Assembly: GCA_032718475.1 (NCBI GenBank)
Contig: JAUCBJ010007289.1
Span: forward strand, 1 to 64,000
Direction: 5' to 3'
Length of the DNA stretch: 64,000 nt
DNA from: Nemertoderma westbladi
Taxonomy: Eukaryota; Animalia; Xenacoelomorpha
The position numbers were made by a program, and so were the translations under genes. The notes beneath the pieces are model-generated. The model was not told where the DNA came from. It worked only from the letters and a program-made list of their open reading frames with translations, and made no database searches. Within the stretch, counting starts at the first letter, position 1. Each line of letters opens with the position of its first letter. Shown here one piece after another: positions 1-12,835 of this stretch.

Positions 1-109
1 TATTGTTTGTTCTGTTGTTCCTCTGTAAAAACCAGTTTATGCTGAACTGCTAAATCTGTAATCGATATACTGATATAAACTTAGTGATAATTCCGTGATT
101 GCTCTTGAA

Positions 110-1531
110 ATGGCAATTATTCGATTTATGTTGAATAATTGTCCGTTCCATCGGTCATGGGTCTCCATTGTGGGTCCGCCGGTGTATCCGTCCACTCGTA
201 TACTCCCTCGCACACACCTCCTTGCTGTTCCGACATCCGCCGCCTGGCTCCACTGCAGGCCTGCTCTACGTCAAGAAGAATTCCACAAAGACAAAACCTA
301 TAAACGGTCGGCTCGGCGGGATATAATGCAGATAGAACAGTTGTTCCAAACGGGATACAAACAAGCGCCTACGAGGGAGAACTTCTTAGCAATCCTGGAT
401 GCCTACAAGAACTTCGATAGAGACCGAAAGTTAATCCAGGAGATGGTCTACGCCTGTCTACATTGGGTGAAAGTCTTTAATCTCCATGAACAGGAGGATG
501 CGACTGATGTTTATTACCGGATATTGGATTTGTTCCCGGAACGCGGGATGCAGGCCGAGAACTCCTTCCAGATGTTCCTGTTCCACATGGCCGGGCATCA
601 GGAGGCCGCCATCTGGGTGCTGGAAGAGATGCTCGCGAATCGGGTATACCCGGACGGACGATTCTACAGACTCATAGCAAACCGATTCGGTAAAAACAGA
701 AACATCCCGATCTTTAAGAAAATATCGGTTATTCTTTATTTCTATAGGAAAATGAGATTTTTTCCATTTAAATGGCAGCAGGAAGAAATTCCTTCTGATT
801 TAGTGAAACGAGCTGAGAAATCTTTGCTAAGATTGACAGACTGGTACTCGGAGGTGACGGTACATTATGACTCGCGGAGAGACTCGGCTGATAACAAGGT
901 GAATAAAATTCTCGAGGAAGTCACCACGAAGTTGATTCCGCGGTCCAGTGCGGCGGATATCCGTAGGTTTATAATGACGGCGCAGTCCCCCGCGCAGAAG
1001 GACGCTCTCTCCAGACACCCGTCCGATAAGCCGGTCTACATAGAGGGCCCGTACCAGCAGTGGATGGCCAACCACTTCCAGACGTACTACGTGCTGCGAG
1101 GCGACGTCGGGAGCAACCCGTGGATCGGCGGCGTTGAACCCTCCGGGATCCGGAAGCGGAGTTTCCATGGGAAACGCTACCGGTTCGCGAGCGAACGCTC
1201 CCTACTCGCGAGACCGGAGGGGCCTGTTTACGCGGTCGCTATGATGAACCCCCCTGACAACCAATCAGTACACAGCTGGCTCGGTTACTTAGAGACCGAT
1301 AACCCCCGACTCTCGGAGTTGTCTGTGTTTCTCAACAGTGCGGAAGGGAGTCTTACTTACCAGACTTACCACGTGACCGGGGACTTCCCGCTGTGGCGGC
1401 ATGTTGGCCCTCAGCCGACTCTAGGTAACGATATGACCCCGGCACTGACTCGCATAGATGGTAGACTTGGTCGTGCCAATATGGTCCGACGACGAAGAAT
1501 ACCAGAAAATGTTTGGCAAATTCGTTATTAA
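110..1531 (+). CDS. ECSIT: ECSIT homolog (mitochondrial complex I assembly / Toll pathway intermediate), single ORF
   Basis: ECSIT-like motifs run along the ORF: VYYRILDLFP..HQEAAIWVLEEM..VYPD..RFG, QSPAQKDALSRHPSDKPVYIEGPYQQW..YYVLRGD, EGPVYAVAM..WLGYLETDNPRL. First ATG is at 110; the N-terminus is basic and presequence-like. Confidence 0.88.
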   Translation: MAIIRFMLNNCPFHRSWVSIVGPPVYPSTRILPRTHLLAVPTSAAWLHCRPALRQEEFHKDKTYKRSARRDIMQIEQLFQTGYKQAPTRENFLAILDAYKNFDRDRKLIQEMVYACLHWVKVFNLHEQEDATDVYYRILDLFPERGMQAENSFQMFLFHMAGHQEAAIWVLEEMLANRVYPDGRFYRLIANRFGKNRNIPIFKKISVILYFYRKMRFFPFKWQQEEIPSDLVKRAEKSLLRLTDWYSEVTVHYDSRRDSADNKVNKILEEVTTKLIPRSSAADIRRFIMTAQSPAQKDALSRHPSDKPVYIEGPYQQWMANHFQTYYVLRGDVGSNPWIGGVEPSGIRKRSFHGKRYRFASERSLLARPEGPVYAVAMMNPPDNQSVHSWLGYLETDNPRLSELSVFLNSAEGSLTYQTYHVTGDFPLWRHVGPQPTLGNDMTPALTRIDGRLGRANMVRRRRIPENVWQIRY

Positions 1532-1921
1532 CGAAGATAAAAAATTACCCCACAGTAGGAAATAATGAGTACATTAATTAGAATAATATGGATCCTTGTT
1601 TTGTATTTTTTTATGAGCTTACATGAGATGAGTGGCTCAATGGTATAATTTTAAATATTGAATTGATTAAGTGGGCATTTATAATATTATAATTTGTATT
1701 TAATTCTAATACCGGTACTATATTATACGAATGACAATAACTCCATGGATCTGTCTGGATTGTACGTGTGAGCCATATGATCCAATCCTCTTATTCGTAA
1801 GAAAAGATACTTACGGTGGTGATTTAGTATTTTTTCATGTTTTTCGAAATAAATTTTCATTTTTTCCGAAAGAATTATTCATTTTTTCCGAAAGTATTTT
1901 TTTCATTTTTTGCCTAAGGTT

Positions 1922-2209
1922 TCACTTCTTGTTATTATTATAATATGTGTATTGAACTGTTATAATTGCTGCACTATGTAGGATGTCTCCTACATTAAAT
2001 TCTTTTCTAAGGTTATTTCGATGCACGTGACGTCGAATTATCCTTGTCGACACAATCACATTGCGGTTTTCCTTACAAAGTATTCTAGTTTCATCATATG
2101 AATAGCCGCGATCAAAATAGTCATGAAAAGCCTCTTCCATTACAAAAATAGTAATCAGCAATTTAACGCCGCGCCGGGCCCGGGGCTTTACACATATTAA
2201 TAATAACAA
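1922..2209 (-). pseudogene. Probable transposase-associated HTH (Clr5-like) fragment
   Basis: YFDRGYSYDETRILCKENRNVIVSTRIIRRHV resembles the YFxxGxSYxEI..IS.RT..RR N-terminus of integrase-core transposon proteins. No downstream catalytic domain is seen. Confidence 0.4.
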
Positions 2210-2259
2210 CGAAGTAAAACATAATGCAAAAAATGAAAAATAATTATTTATTACATGGG

Positions 2260-2575
2260 AAAAATTTATAACTTTTTTTCAGTATTCTCGAGGCATTTTA
2301 TTTACCGAGCGTCAGCGAGGTTAATAAAGGGTCGAGAGAATATTGACCAATCGACACTAAACTGCAATAACTTTTTTGAGTGTTTGAATGGATTTTGCTC
2401 AAATTACAAACAAACCTTTTCTACGTCGATGCTCTTTCAATATATATGTAATAAAATTTAAGTAATTCCACCAAAAATATTTTACTTTCCTTTTTTCGTC
2501 GGGAAAAAAAGTAAAAACAAAACAATCCTATGAGTTTCTTTTTTTCCCTAGGGAAAAAGTGAAACTTATTAAAAC
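2260..2575 (+). repeat. Dispersed non-autonomous repeat, related to 32030-32650 (opposite strand)
   Basis: ttttatttaccgagcgtcagcgaggttaataaagggtcgagagaatat and ccctagggaaaaa blocks recur reverse-complemented at 32030-32650. Confidence 0.7.
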
Positions 2576-5476
2576 CGACTCCCGACTTATTAAAATAATA
2601 CCCAAAAGATAGTAAATGGCCGGGCTACCGATGTCTTGATTTTAAGTTTTTTTTAATTTGAGGGGCGAATTGTTGCATATTTGCTGACCTGTAAATTTTA
2701 ACCATTGAGATACAAATATCCGTTTTCATTTTACCATAGAAAACAGTTTTTTTTGTATGATGTAAAGCAGTATTTATGGTTTCCTTAATGGTTTTAACCG
2801 ACATCCGTGGTTTTTGGGATAAATTTTCGGCATTTATTTATATTATGTGGTCTTGCAAAAAACCACAACAGTTAATTTTATGAATTTTTTTTAGTACAAT
2901 ATACCAACATTTACAAAAACAACCATTAACATTAACCCCCGCCACCTCTATCATGGTGCCAGGAATCTCCAGTCAACCTCCATGTCACCTCCCTCCAACC
3001 ACTGCGCCGTCTAATGTTATCACCTCCACTACTCCACTCCAACCAGAAGATCCCGTAGTAACGGATCCTTTGGAAAGCGCCGTTGCATCTCATGATCGCT
3101 CTCCCGCTCCCCTACTGTCCCGGAACTCATCTGTCGTCCACCGCCCATCGTCCATAGAGCCGACACAACTGAGAATGGACCAAAAAATATATTTTATAAG
3201 TCGGCCTACTGTATGCCAAATTGTAGGCCTACTCTCAAAGGGTACAATAATTGCAAAAAAAACACATCTGGGCCTACATTATTTACCTACAAAATTCTAC
3301 GCCGACGATATTATTTTTGAAAAGACCTCAATAATAATACCTTATCAAGACCACTACACAAACTCAGGGGATACTGTAGACCGAGACCAAATGCAACACA
3401 ACAAGTTACCGTACTAATTAATAGCCTTTTCTCTCTTCCTAAAGTTGTTTCAGTATTGACTTTTCCTATGATGATTAAAGCATCAATATTCGAGTCGAGT
3501 CAAAGGGGGGGGGGGGGGGGGGGGGGGGGTCGGGCTGCTCGCAAGTCTCATCCTGGCAAATTAGGATCTCGTCTCAATGTTAAGTTATCAATTTAGCGAA
3601 AGGCGAAGTTACATTGAACGTTATTCTAACCAAAACAATAAATATAAATCAGTATAACTGGTTACAGATATATTTTTCAGAGTTATCAATCAGCTGTTAT
3701 TTGCGTCGATTTGTAGAGTCTAGGATTTGCAGTATAGGGTCACCATTATTCCTGTCCACTACGCTAAACACAACTTACAATTTCAAGTAGCCTATACCGG
3801 TACGTCGTTGGAGTAACCGTTTAGTTTCGTGTGTCGCTGTAACGAATCAAGGAAAGGAAAGAAATGTACTATCCGCAATAATACTGTACACTGCAGTATA
3901 TGGGAGGTATTATTGTTCAAGGCGTGACAACCCCTACAGTTTACTGGATGGTGAAGTAAGGCCACATGCAGTTAGACCAAACGTGGACTTACCGTTAACG
4001 CACACAATAACACAACGCACGAAATACACAGACCCTACAATGTATTTAAGATAATAATGACTACACTGTAGCTATGATAAAGATTAAGGTAAAAATCTAA
4101 ATGGCCCACTTTGTGGGTAGGCCCTACCGGTATTGAATATTCCCACAAACTTACCTGCAAACTCAGCTGTAAGTACCATCAGTAAAATGACAAAGAAGTT
4201 TAACTTTACCATAATTAGTGAGAAAATAGTTCCTTTGTTGCTGAAAATACTTGTTATTAAAAAAAACTATTATAAATGCATGAAAATATATCACGTATTT
4301 ATTTCCAAATTGAGTTAAAATACGTCCAAATGAACCACATACATTACTTGGAGGCCTATATATAGTACAGTACTGTACTAGAAAAGTAGACAGACATTGT
4401 GATCATTAAATGGATACCAACATCTTGCATTAAAAGTATGTCACTATATTGTACAAATAGAGAGATTAAAAAAATAATGATGATGACACATTGCACAACG
4501 AGAGAGATGACTTAAGGTTGATACTGTAACATCTTGCACTGCTTACAGTAAGTAGTATTTCCGATTGTACAACGAGAGAGATGAGATGACTAAAACGATG
4601 ATAATGTTAACATGCTTGCACTGCCTATTTCCCAATGAGTTAAGGATAAATACAGTAAGTATTCCAGGTCAACATTTTTCTTTATACTTTCATCCACTTA
4701 AATCATAGCACTTGTCACCTAACACATATAGGCCATCATTATTACTGCACCTAAACATGACCATCTCTCGCTGAGGAACATGTCATGCGTGTAGACTTTA
4801 AGCAAAGTATACAACCAGTTGGCTCAAGTCAACTGCACTCTCCAACAAGGCTAACCGAATGCTCCTCTTCCTATAGATGCAACACGAAGGTAGGGGTGGG
4901 CGCTATACTCCTATCCCAAGTTTGCTCGCAGTTATTCAACCTAACAGTGAATGAAACAATATGAAGCTAAGAGCAAGGATGAAAGATACCAGTGGACCCT
5001 GGCGGTTCTCAAACTTACAACTAGAAAGCCAACAAGCTGGCTAGAAGGAGCCCGGGGGAAAAATCCTAGCCAATACTATTACAAAGAACTATGTCAGTCA
5101 GCAGTAAGTAAACTAAACTTGTCTAAACTGCAAGGCGTGAGGCTAGCTGACTTTGTGGCTCGTCCCACATAATAAAAAATGCAACTTAGCTACCACTAAC
5201 AAAAATTGAAGTAAATAATTTCATTATCAAGCACGTTTACAAGATATAAGATACGATTACCGAATATTTATAAAAAATGGCCATGAAGCACAACCAGATA
5301 AATAACAACGAATAGAGCCAAATAACAAATTTAGTTTCCTTCTATAGGTATTACCCCGTCGTCAAGCGGAATATCTCTTCCCAGTGAATCCTATGTGAAT
5401 ATGTAATATAGGTATTCATGCTAAGTTAGGCAGTAGGCCAGAGCGGGCTCTTTAAATACATGCAACTACTGTATTA

Positions 5477-6053
5477 TACTGCCGTCCTAAGGCAGACCCA
5501 TGTAACTTGAATTTTGACGAAAATGAGATATTGGTATAATTTTAAAGCTTACGGCGAGCTCTATCTGGTGGTAGAACTTAATAGAGTGCATCTAAACTCT
5601 AAAGGGTTTAAAAAGGGGGTAGAATGTAACTACATTATATGAATTTGTTAAGGCATGCCAAGGCAGAACCATGTAACCCTAATGTGATAATGACACTCCA
5701 TGTAACTATAAGCGTACACCATGTATCTCATGCGAGTTACATTGTTTTGGCTCAGGAACAGCTGTTGAAATTTATATAATTTACATGATGTAATATAATT
5801 AAACTGGTTAGAATTTGTAAGGTAAATCCATGTAACTCGAAAATCAAAATAAAATAAATTTTTTAAATAGCTAGCTTAAGTTTGGAGCTCTAAGACTTTC
5901 TATGTATTTAAATAAACTATTTGACTATAAACTTTAGTGTTAAAATGTTCACACAGACATTCACATGTTTTTGTGCAGATTCGTTAACTTTAGGTTGATT
6001 TTTCTCAAAACTCGATTTTTTGAGTTACATGGTTTTGCCTTAGGAGGGCAGTA
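5477..6053. mobile_element. MITE with about 32-bp TIRs and TA flanks (Tc1/mariner-type)
   Basis: tactgccgtcctaaggcagacccatgtaact ... agttacatggttttgccttaggagggcagta, with TA on both sides and internal ccatgtaac repeats. Confidence 0.8.
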
Positions 6054-6181
6054 TAGTGTAGGTCAACTATAAAACATTTTGCAATCCACAGTGAGTAACA
6101 ACTGCAATAGGACACAACACACTGCTTTGTGTAACTAAAATTCATTCTCCTGATCCACCCCTTAAAATAGCAGAGTGAGTA

Positions 6182-8168
6182 CTACTACTACGATCGGCAT
6201 GCTGCATTGCAGCTGCATTTTTAAGAATGCTGTGCCGGCTTGTCAACAAAATTGCACCGCCACAACTCCCTATCACCCATGACATTTGCTAGATCATCCG
6301 CATCTTTAAGGCCAGTGTCCTTTAAGATGCGTCTCAAGAAAGTCATGGGCTGTCCACCATGCTTATTCACTCCATGAGGCTGCCAAAGTACAAGATTATG
6401 CACTGGCTGGTCCTCACGGCGAAAGCAATGTCCTGCAAAGCGGAGGCGATTTTGTTCTAGTGTCAAGCTTGGGGGAACCAATGAGACACCTCCAATGTTA
6501 TATAGTGTCTGGTTGGAGATGTGTGCATTGTACTTGACACAATGAACCCGGCGTAGCATTCTTGTGAATGTGCCATCCAGAGATTTGGTGTCCTCAGCAG
6601 TTAGAGCCCAGCATGGACTCCCGTAGAGGAGTACTGGAACTACTGCTGCTCTAAATAATCGGACCTTAAGTTTCCGATTAATTCTCGGTGACTTCCAAAT
6701 CCTGGAAAGCCTATTCAAGGCTGCCCATGCCTTTCCCTTACGTATTCGAAGGTCCTCACCTGACTTCCGGATCCATGATCCCAGGTAACAGAAGTCGTCC
6801 ACATGCTCAAGCATACCATCCTTTGAGCTTATGCTCATCCGATCAGAGACTTGCTGAGGACTTTCAAAGTTAACTGTCAGAATTTTGGTCTTTCTGGAGT
6901 TAATAAAAAGACCAACACTAGAAGCAGCATGCTCCAACGAGCCGAGGAGCCGTTGGGCTCCCTCTAATGATTCTGAGAGTACTCCTAAGTCATCAGCAAA
7001 GTCTAGATCAGTTAGGTACTTGGCACGATTTCCTCGACTTCTGGAGCCAGTAGGTGGAGTTATCATCACCCCATCATCATTATGATGATCTAAGGACATG
7101 CGTAGAACATAGTCAACCACAATAATGAACAAGAATGGTGCAAGTGTGTCTCCTTGGAGGACGCCCCATAACACTTCAAATGGTTCTGTGTCACCGTCAA
7201 CAGTAGATACAAATGTTGTCGAACCATCGTATACTGATCTGATTGCTACAATAATTTCATCAGGAATCCCATATAATGAAAGTATGCTGAACATACGTGA
7301 GCGAGAGACTGAATCAAAGGCCTTGAAGAAGTCAACAAAGATAACAGCCAGATGCCTGTCTTTCTTTTTTGACAATTCTTCAATTATCCTTCTAAGTGCC
7401 AAAATGGGCTCCATGGTCCCACGACCTTTACGGAACCCATTCTGATTTCCACGGAGCAGTCTCTCAATGGGATCCCTGATGCGATTTAATAGAATCCTAT
7501 TGTATAGCTTTGCAGCAATCGAGATCAATGAGATTCCCCGAAAAGAACCATAGAGTGTTAGGTTGCCCTTCTTGGGAACTGGCACCAACTTATTTGTTTT
7601 CATTTCTTGTGGGACTCTTGTTGTTCGGTACATGTCTACTATGATGGGATAGATGAGCTTTAAACACTCAGGTATTTTAAAGACCTCAGGGGGAACACCA
7701 TCTACTCCACTGGCACGATTGGTCTTAATGCTCTTTGCAGCAGCCTCCACTTCTGCAAAGGAGATATCGCCAATGGGAATATCTGGGAGTACAGACTCAG
7801 ACACTTTTACTTCTATAAAGTTATCAGGCAATACCCTGTCATTATTGAGGAGCTTTTCAAAGTGGGCTTTCCAACCATTGAGGCGATCGGCTGGTGATTC
7901 AGCCTTAACCTTGGTGGTTGGTTGGCTTTTCCGCCCAGTAAGCAGATTGATCGATTTCCATGCCTGGGATGATTGCCTGCTGTCGTCAGCATCATTGATG
8001 GCATCAACCTGTTGGTTTATTAGCTCCTGTAGATTAACAGAATACTGCCTGTTCAGGGACCTAGATGCAGCCTTAACTGCATTCTTGGCCGCTGTAGTCT
8101 GTTTGAGTCGGGACTCTTTCTGCGCCTTATGAAGGTCATTTCGGCACTTAGTAGTGAGTAGTAGTAGT
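6182..8168 (-). mobile_element. 5'-truncated RTE-clade non-LTR retrotransposon
   Basis: RT ORF, short 3' UTR with hairpin gctgca-a-tgcagc, (GTA)n tail, and TSD gagtgagta (6173-6181 / 8169-8177). Confidence 0.9.
6221..7831 (-). CDS. RTE reverse transcriptase domain (frame appears open upstream to the truncation point near 8150; endonuclease missing)
   Basis: Motifs PVPKKG..FRGISL, NQNGFRKGR, FVDFFKAFDSV, GVLQGDTLAPFLF, LDFADD, YLGS, RLRFAGHCFR. Confidence 0.9.
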   Translation of the reverse strand: MPDNFIEVKVSESVLPDIPIGDISFAEVEAAAKSIKTNRASGVDGVPPEVFKIPECLKLIYPIIVDMYRTTRVPQEMKTNKLVPVPKKGNLTLYGSFRGISLISIAAKLYNRILLNRIRDPIERLLRGNQNGFRKGRGTMEPILALRRIIEELSKKKDRHLAVIFVDFFKAFDSVSRSRMFSILSLYGIPDEIIVAIRSVYDGSTTFVSTVDGDTEPFEVLWGVLQGDTLAPFLFIIVVDYVLRMSLDHHNDDGVMITPPTGSRSRGNRAKYLTDLDFADDLGVLSESLEGAQRLLGSLEHAASSVGLFINSRKTKILTVNFESPQQVSDRMSISSKDGMLEHVDDFCYLGSWIRKSGEDLRIRKGKAWAALNRLSRIWKSPRINRKLKVRLFRAAVVPVLLYGSPCWALTAEDTKSLDGTFTRMLRRVHCVKYNAHISNQTLYNIGGVSLVPPSLTLEQNRLRFAGHCFRREDQPVHNLVLWQPHGVNKHGGQPMTFLRRILKDTGLKDADDLANVMGDRELWRCNFVDKPAQHS

Positions 8169-8451
8169 GAGTGAGTAACCTTATTGTAGATATACCCTTA
8201 GGAAGCACTGGGAGAGCAATCAGCTTATGGCGTAATACATTAGAAACCAACAGCTTATGTGTGAGTAAACATTGCCTTTCCTTATAGCCTAAGCCTACTA
8301 GTAAAACTTGGCAACCAACACGTTTTACTATGACTGTGTATAACGTATTACAGTACACCATATTTCATCATGAACACCAGCTGTTATTTTACCATTGCTT
8401 TTAATTTCGCGACAAAATAATGTCAAAAAACTAAATATATCGAATACCACA

Positions 8452-9696
8452 TGTAAAAGCTTTTGTGGGATAACTGATACGTTTGCCTATGCTGGCCAGT
8501 TCCCCCCCAGGCGCTGGAATACTCTAAAAGGGTTTTCTAACTGTAGATATATTCCCCTCGCCCGCAAGGTACCTTTACAGGTGTTTTAACGGACATAAAA
8601 GTAATTCTGCTATATACGTGTTTTAGCGGACATGGTAAGACAAAAAACTTGTAATGCACCAACCACCTTTCACAGCTTAGCCGTGATGATTCATATTACG
8701 ACATCTAGCAGCTGGTTGCTGACATGGAAACAGCCATTGGCCGCGTGGTTCTTTGTTTGGCTTGGGCCAATCAGGGCGGTTTTTCCTGTCGACGTGTAGC
8801 TTTCCTGCCGATCATAAGGAGAGTGTTCAGTCTTACTGTTTTAGAGTTGTTACTTTGTTGTTATTGCTGTCTAAGCCAGAAACACCGGCATTTTTGGATA
8901 GATACTGCTGTACCGTAAACTGCTTGAATTATCGAAAGTATAAACTGTTACCTAATTGATCAATCTTAATTAACATACTCACTTGATTTAATTGCATTAA
9001 TCATATTGTTTGTACTGTTATTTTACCGTCAGTTATTAATTGTAAATATTTGTTGATGGAAATATTGCTATTTGGATAATACGGATAAATCACCCAATTC
9101 CCAATTTTCTTGATAACACTACAGGTTAGAGAGACCGGCTATATATAACAATTGCGATTTATATTAATGTGGTGTGTATTGAATCCAATGTTATTTAGCA
9201 GACCCTACGTGAGTCAATTACTGCTCTCTTTATGTGTGATCAAATGTACTGACTGTCGGCAGAATAGTGTGTATGATTGTGATTGGTAACAAAGTATTTC
9301 CTAAAGAATACGTTTTATACTTTAATCAGCAGCAGTATCGTTGCGTTTTAGTATAAGTCTTAGTTCTGTTTAAATAGATAAAGCGCCACGTCCTAAAGGA
9401 ACTGTTAATATTTCCCGAAAGCCAATAATACCTGTCAGAGATTAATTATTAACGATCTATCGAATAATACATTAGGTATACACTGCAACCTTACACTGTA
9501 ATAATACAATTCAAGCATCCGAATTCAGTCTCCCGGGTGTAGATCCATCGGGTGAATGATCGCGCATGGGCTGACTTCGGCTAATGTTTTGCGTATTAGC
9601 ATAAATTATTGTCGTATGCTAAAGTGGTTTTAATTAACTAAAAGACATATAAATTTTGGCAGGTTAAACTGCTAAAGGTCTTCGAAAGCGCGAACA
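8452..9696 (+). mobile_element. Solo LTR (diverged subfamily B of the BEL/Pao element)
   Basis: Ends TGTAAAAGCTTTT...AAAGCGCGAACA, 5-bp TSD CCACA (8447-8451 / 9697-9701), and blocks shared with 15746-16986. Confidence 0.93.
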
Positions 9697-9715
9697 CCAC
9701 ACATAGAATCGATCT

Positions 9716-10103
9716 GAAATTTTGTAACGCGATTATGAACCACCAAAGCAATGTACAGTACTTGCAAAATTTCATCAAAATCGCCAGCCAGGAAGTGCCT
9801 GAAACTGGTAAATTATCAGTCAGTCAGTCAGTGTTATATCCTGAGATTTTTACAGAAAGTATCCCTGAGATTCTTACAGTAAGTATCTCGCTGTCAAGCG
9901 GGCTCCTAACTGAAATTTTGTAACGCGATTATGAACCACCAAAGCAATGTACTTGGAAAATTTCATCAAAATCGCCAGGCAGGAAGTGCCTGAACCTGGT
10001 AAATTATCAGTCAGTCAGTCAGTGTTATATATCCTGAGATTTTTACAGAAAGTATCCCTGAGATTCTTACAGTAAGTATCCCGCTGTCAAGCGGGCTCCT
10101 AAC
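9716..10103. repeat. About 195-bp tandem duplication of the HINE-like element terminus
   Basis: tgaaattttgtaacgcgattatgaacc...gcgggctcctaac occurs twice head to tail. Confidence 0.9.
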
Positions 10104-10388
10104 TAATAGATTTTAAGCCTGGCGGGCGCCCAAACTAAACCCACACATATTCTATAGACACAAGTTGTTAGAATGAAAGATGTCTCCCTACTAGAGGGGT
10201 AGACGGGAGGGTGGGTCCCGCGTATTGGTACATGACCCTTCCCCATTTGAAAAAATATTAAGAAAGAACTGTTTAATTTAATAATATATATATTTTGATT
10301 ACAAATCAAGTTTAATACACAAAGATAGAATTATAATACAATAAAAATAACATATTAATCCTAAAATTCCTAAACACCTAATAAACAT

Positions 10389-11771
10389 TAGGGCTGTGCG
10401 TTTTTTACTTTTTTTCGATTTCATTGTTCTACCGGTGCACAAAAGTTGCCAAATGGTAAAAAAATAAGGCAAAAAAAATTTCTTTCCATTTCGTCTATAT
10501 CTTCACGGATCCCAAGAGGGTTGAAATTTTGTGCCATCGCGATGCACCATAATGAAATTTATAACAATATAACACATTGATGAAAGATCAATGACTCAAA
10601 AAAGAACTTCCTGCATGCATCAAATGTCATCAAATGGGTCCAAACTTAGTTAGATACCAAAATTTTAATTTTTGGATCAAGGGAAGTAGTGCCACAGGCA
10701 AATGACCAGAACCTACCATTTGGTGCAAGTGATGATTATTCTCAATTTTGGTGATGGACAACTTTTAGTTCTCCTACAGCATTAATATTATGCTCATTAG
10801 AACCGCAATGACCGATTTAGTGGGGGTAGACACCATCAAAACAAGCATAGAGCGAATAGATCTTGAGATATTGCAGAAAATGTAAAGTACGGCACAAGTC
10901 AACATTTACCGCCTTGATGATTTATAGACAAATACACAAAAGTGTTACTTCTAATTATCTTAAGGCATCAAAAATATACACATCACTGCAACAAATTGAT
11001 TTAGTGTATACAGACAACTTCAAAATTAAAGAGTAGTGATTAATTCACTATAGTTTTTGTACAAAATGTGTGGAATGGGTCAACTCAATATCAAGTACAG
11101 TATTAATTGGTGGACATAGTCTTGACATTTTGTAAAATAACTCGAGAACTACATAATATTACATTTAACTTATTTTTAAGGTGTCTTCACCCACTATATC
11201 GATCATTTCTGTGATGTGATCATTTCTATTCGTGATTCCTTGAGTGAGATAATTCAAAATATCATTTTTAGTATATTTGTCCATATCACATCAAGGCGGT
11301 AATGTAGACTTGTGCCGGACTTCACAATTTCTGCGATATCTCAAGAATTATTCGCTCTACGTTTGTTTTGAAGTTTTCTACCCCCACTAAATCGGCCATT
11401 GCGGTTCTAATGAGCATAATATGAATGCAGTAGGAGAACTCAAAGTTGTCCATCACCAAAATTGAGAATAATCATCACTTGCGCCAAATGGTAGGTTCTG
11501 GCCACGTGCCTGTGGCACTAGTTCCCTTGATCCAAAAATTAAAATTTTGGTATCTAACTAAGTTTGGACCCATTTGATGACATTTGATGCATGCAGGAAG
11601 TTCTTTTTTGAGTCATTGATCTTTCATCAATGTGTTATATTGTTATAAATTGCATTATGGTGCATCGCGATGGCACAAAATTTCAACCCTCTTGGGATCC
11701 GTGAAGATATAGACGAAATTTAAAGAAATTTTTTTTTGCCTTATTTTTTTACCATTTGGCAACTTTTGTGC
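10389..11771. mobile_element. Fold-back non-autonomous DNA element with about 500-bp inverted arms; hAT-like TAGGGCTG left end, right end lost
   Basis: 10437-~10935 is the reverse complement of ~11275-11771. The element is absent from copy B. Confidence 0.8.
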
Positions 11772-11869
11772 CCAGTGTCAGTCAATAGGCCTAATTATTA
11801 CCTGATTACCGTTGGTAATTGTTTTATTCGAATAGATAGCAAAGCAGGTAGACCACGCCATCCCAAGCC

Positions 11870-12835
11870 GGAAGCAGGATAATTCAGTCCCGGACAATTC
11901 GGTCCGGACAATTCGGTCCCGGATAATTCGGTCCCATTAATTTTGTGTTTTGGGACCGAATTGTCCGGGACCGAATTGTGCGGATACTGACTAGGACATT
12001 TCGGTCCCAAAACATGCATATTAATGGGACCGAATTGTCCGGGACCGAATTGTCCGGGACCAAATTTAATTGGTACTATAAAACTAGCTAGTATTTTTTT
12101 GAAAATAGAAAAAATTTCCCCCTACTTTTTTTTTGTTAACATTATTAGTTATGGTGCTATGGTGTTTTTATGGAGCTTGTGAATTATCTACTACTGTAGC
12201 TACTGTAGTAATAGTGTATTTAAAATGTTTAAAACTGTTTTTTTATACTGTATATTGCGTATGTACTGTATACTGTATGTGTTGTTGGTTGGTTAAGAAC
12301 TCTAAATTATTATCCTAGATAATAGCTGGATCTCATTCAGAGACTGTTATAATATCATCAATATTGTTGGTAATTAATATAACCAGCAACAGTTAGGCCT
12401 AATTCTGAAATATCAATGTTTTCACAAGTGTTTTTATAATTTCAAGAAAATGCTAGCTAGTAAAAAAAAACACTAGCTACACCTTAATAAATAATATATA
12501 ATAATGTTCTCGAACACTTACCAATAACAAAAATAAAAAAATACAGTATTTTTAAATTTCAAAAAATTGTAGCTTCAAGTAAATAACACTAGCTACCATA
12601 AAAAAAATATCTCTACTAATGTTCTAGAACATTCACCAATATCAAAAAAGCACTAAAACGTTGCTATCAGGAACCGGACAATTCGGTCCCGGACAATTCG
12701 GTCCTGGACAATTCGGTCCTAGGACAATTCGGTCCTGGACAATTCGGTCCTTGGACAATTTGGTCCCGGACAATTCGGTCCCATTTATTTAGTGTTTTGG
12801 GACCGAATTGTCCGGGACCGAATTGTCCTACATCC
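11870..12835. mobile_element. MULE/Foldback-like element with modular TIRs built of ggacaattcggtccc units
   Basis: Ends ggaagcaggataattc / gaattgtcctacatcc, 8-bp TSD cccaagcc (11862-11869 / 12836-12843), and an empty site at about 28113-28120. Confidence 0.85.

Larger units (their letters stand above)
5021..10100 (-). mobile_element. Helentron/HINE (DINE-1)-like non-autonomous element carrying nested insertions
   Basis: Absent from copy B. It has 9-bp subterminal inverted repeats aggagcccg (5046-5054) / cgggctcct (10092-10100), a terminal hairpin agcca-acaagc-tggct next to ctag, and a (tcag)n microsatellite near the other end. Confidence 0.6.

Noticed and set aside
2953-3417. 154-aa Pro/Thr-rich ORF and its copy at 13228-13473
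   Set aside because: Low complexity, the frame is not preserved between the duplicates, and no domain is recognisable.
11870-12835. Short regularly spaced repeats resembling a CRISPR array or iterons
   Set aside because: They are modular TIRs of a TSD-flanked transposon, with an empty site in copy B.
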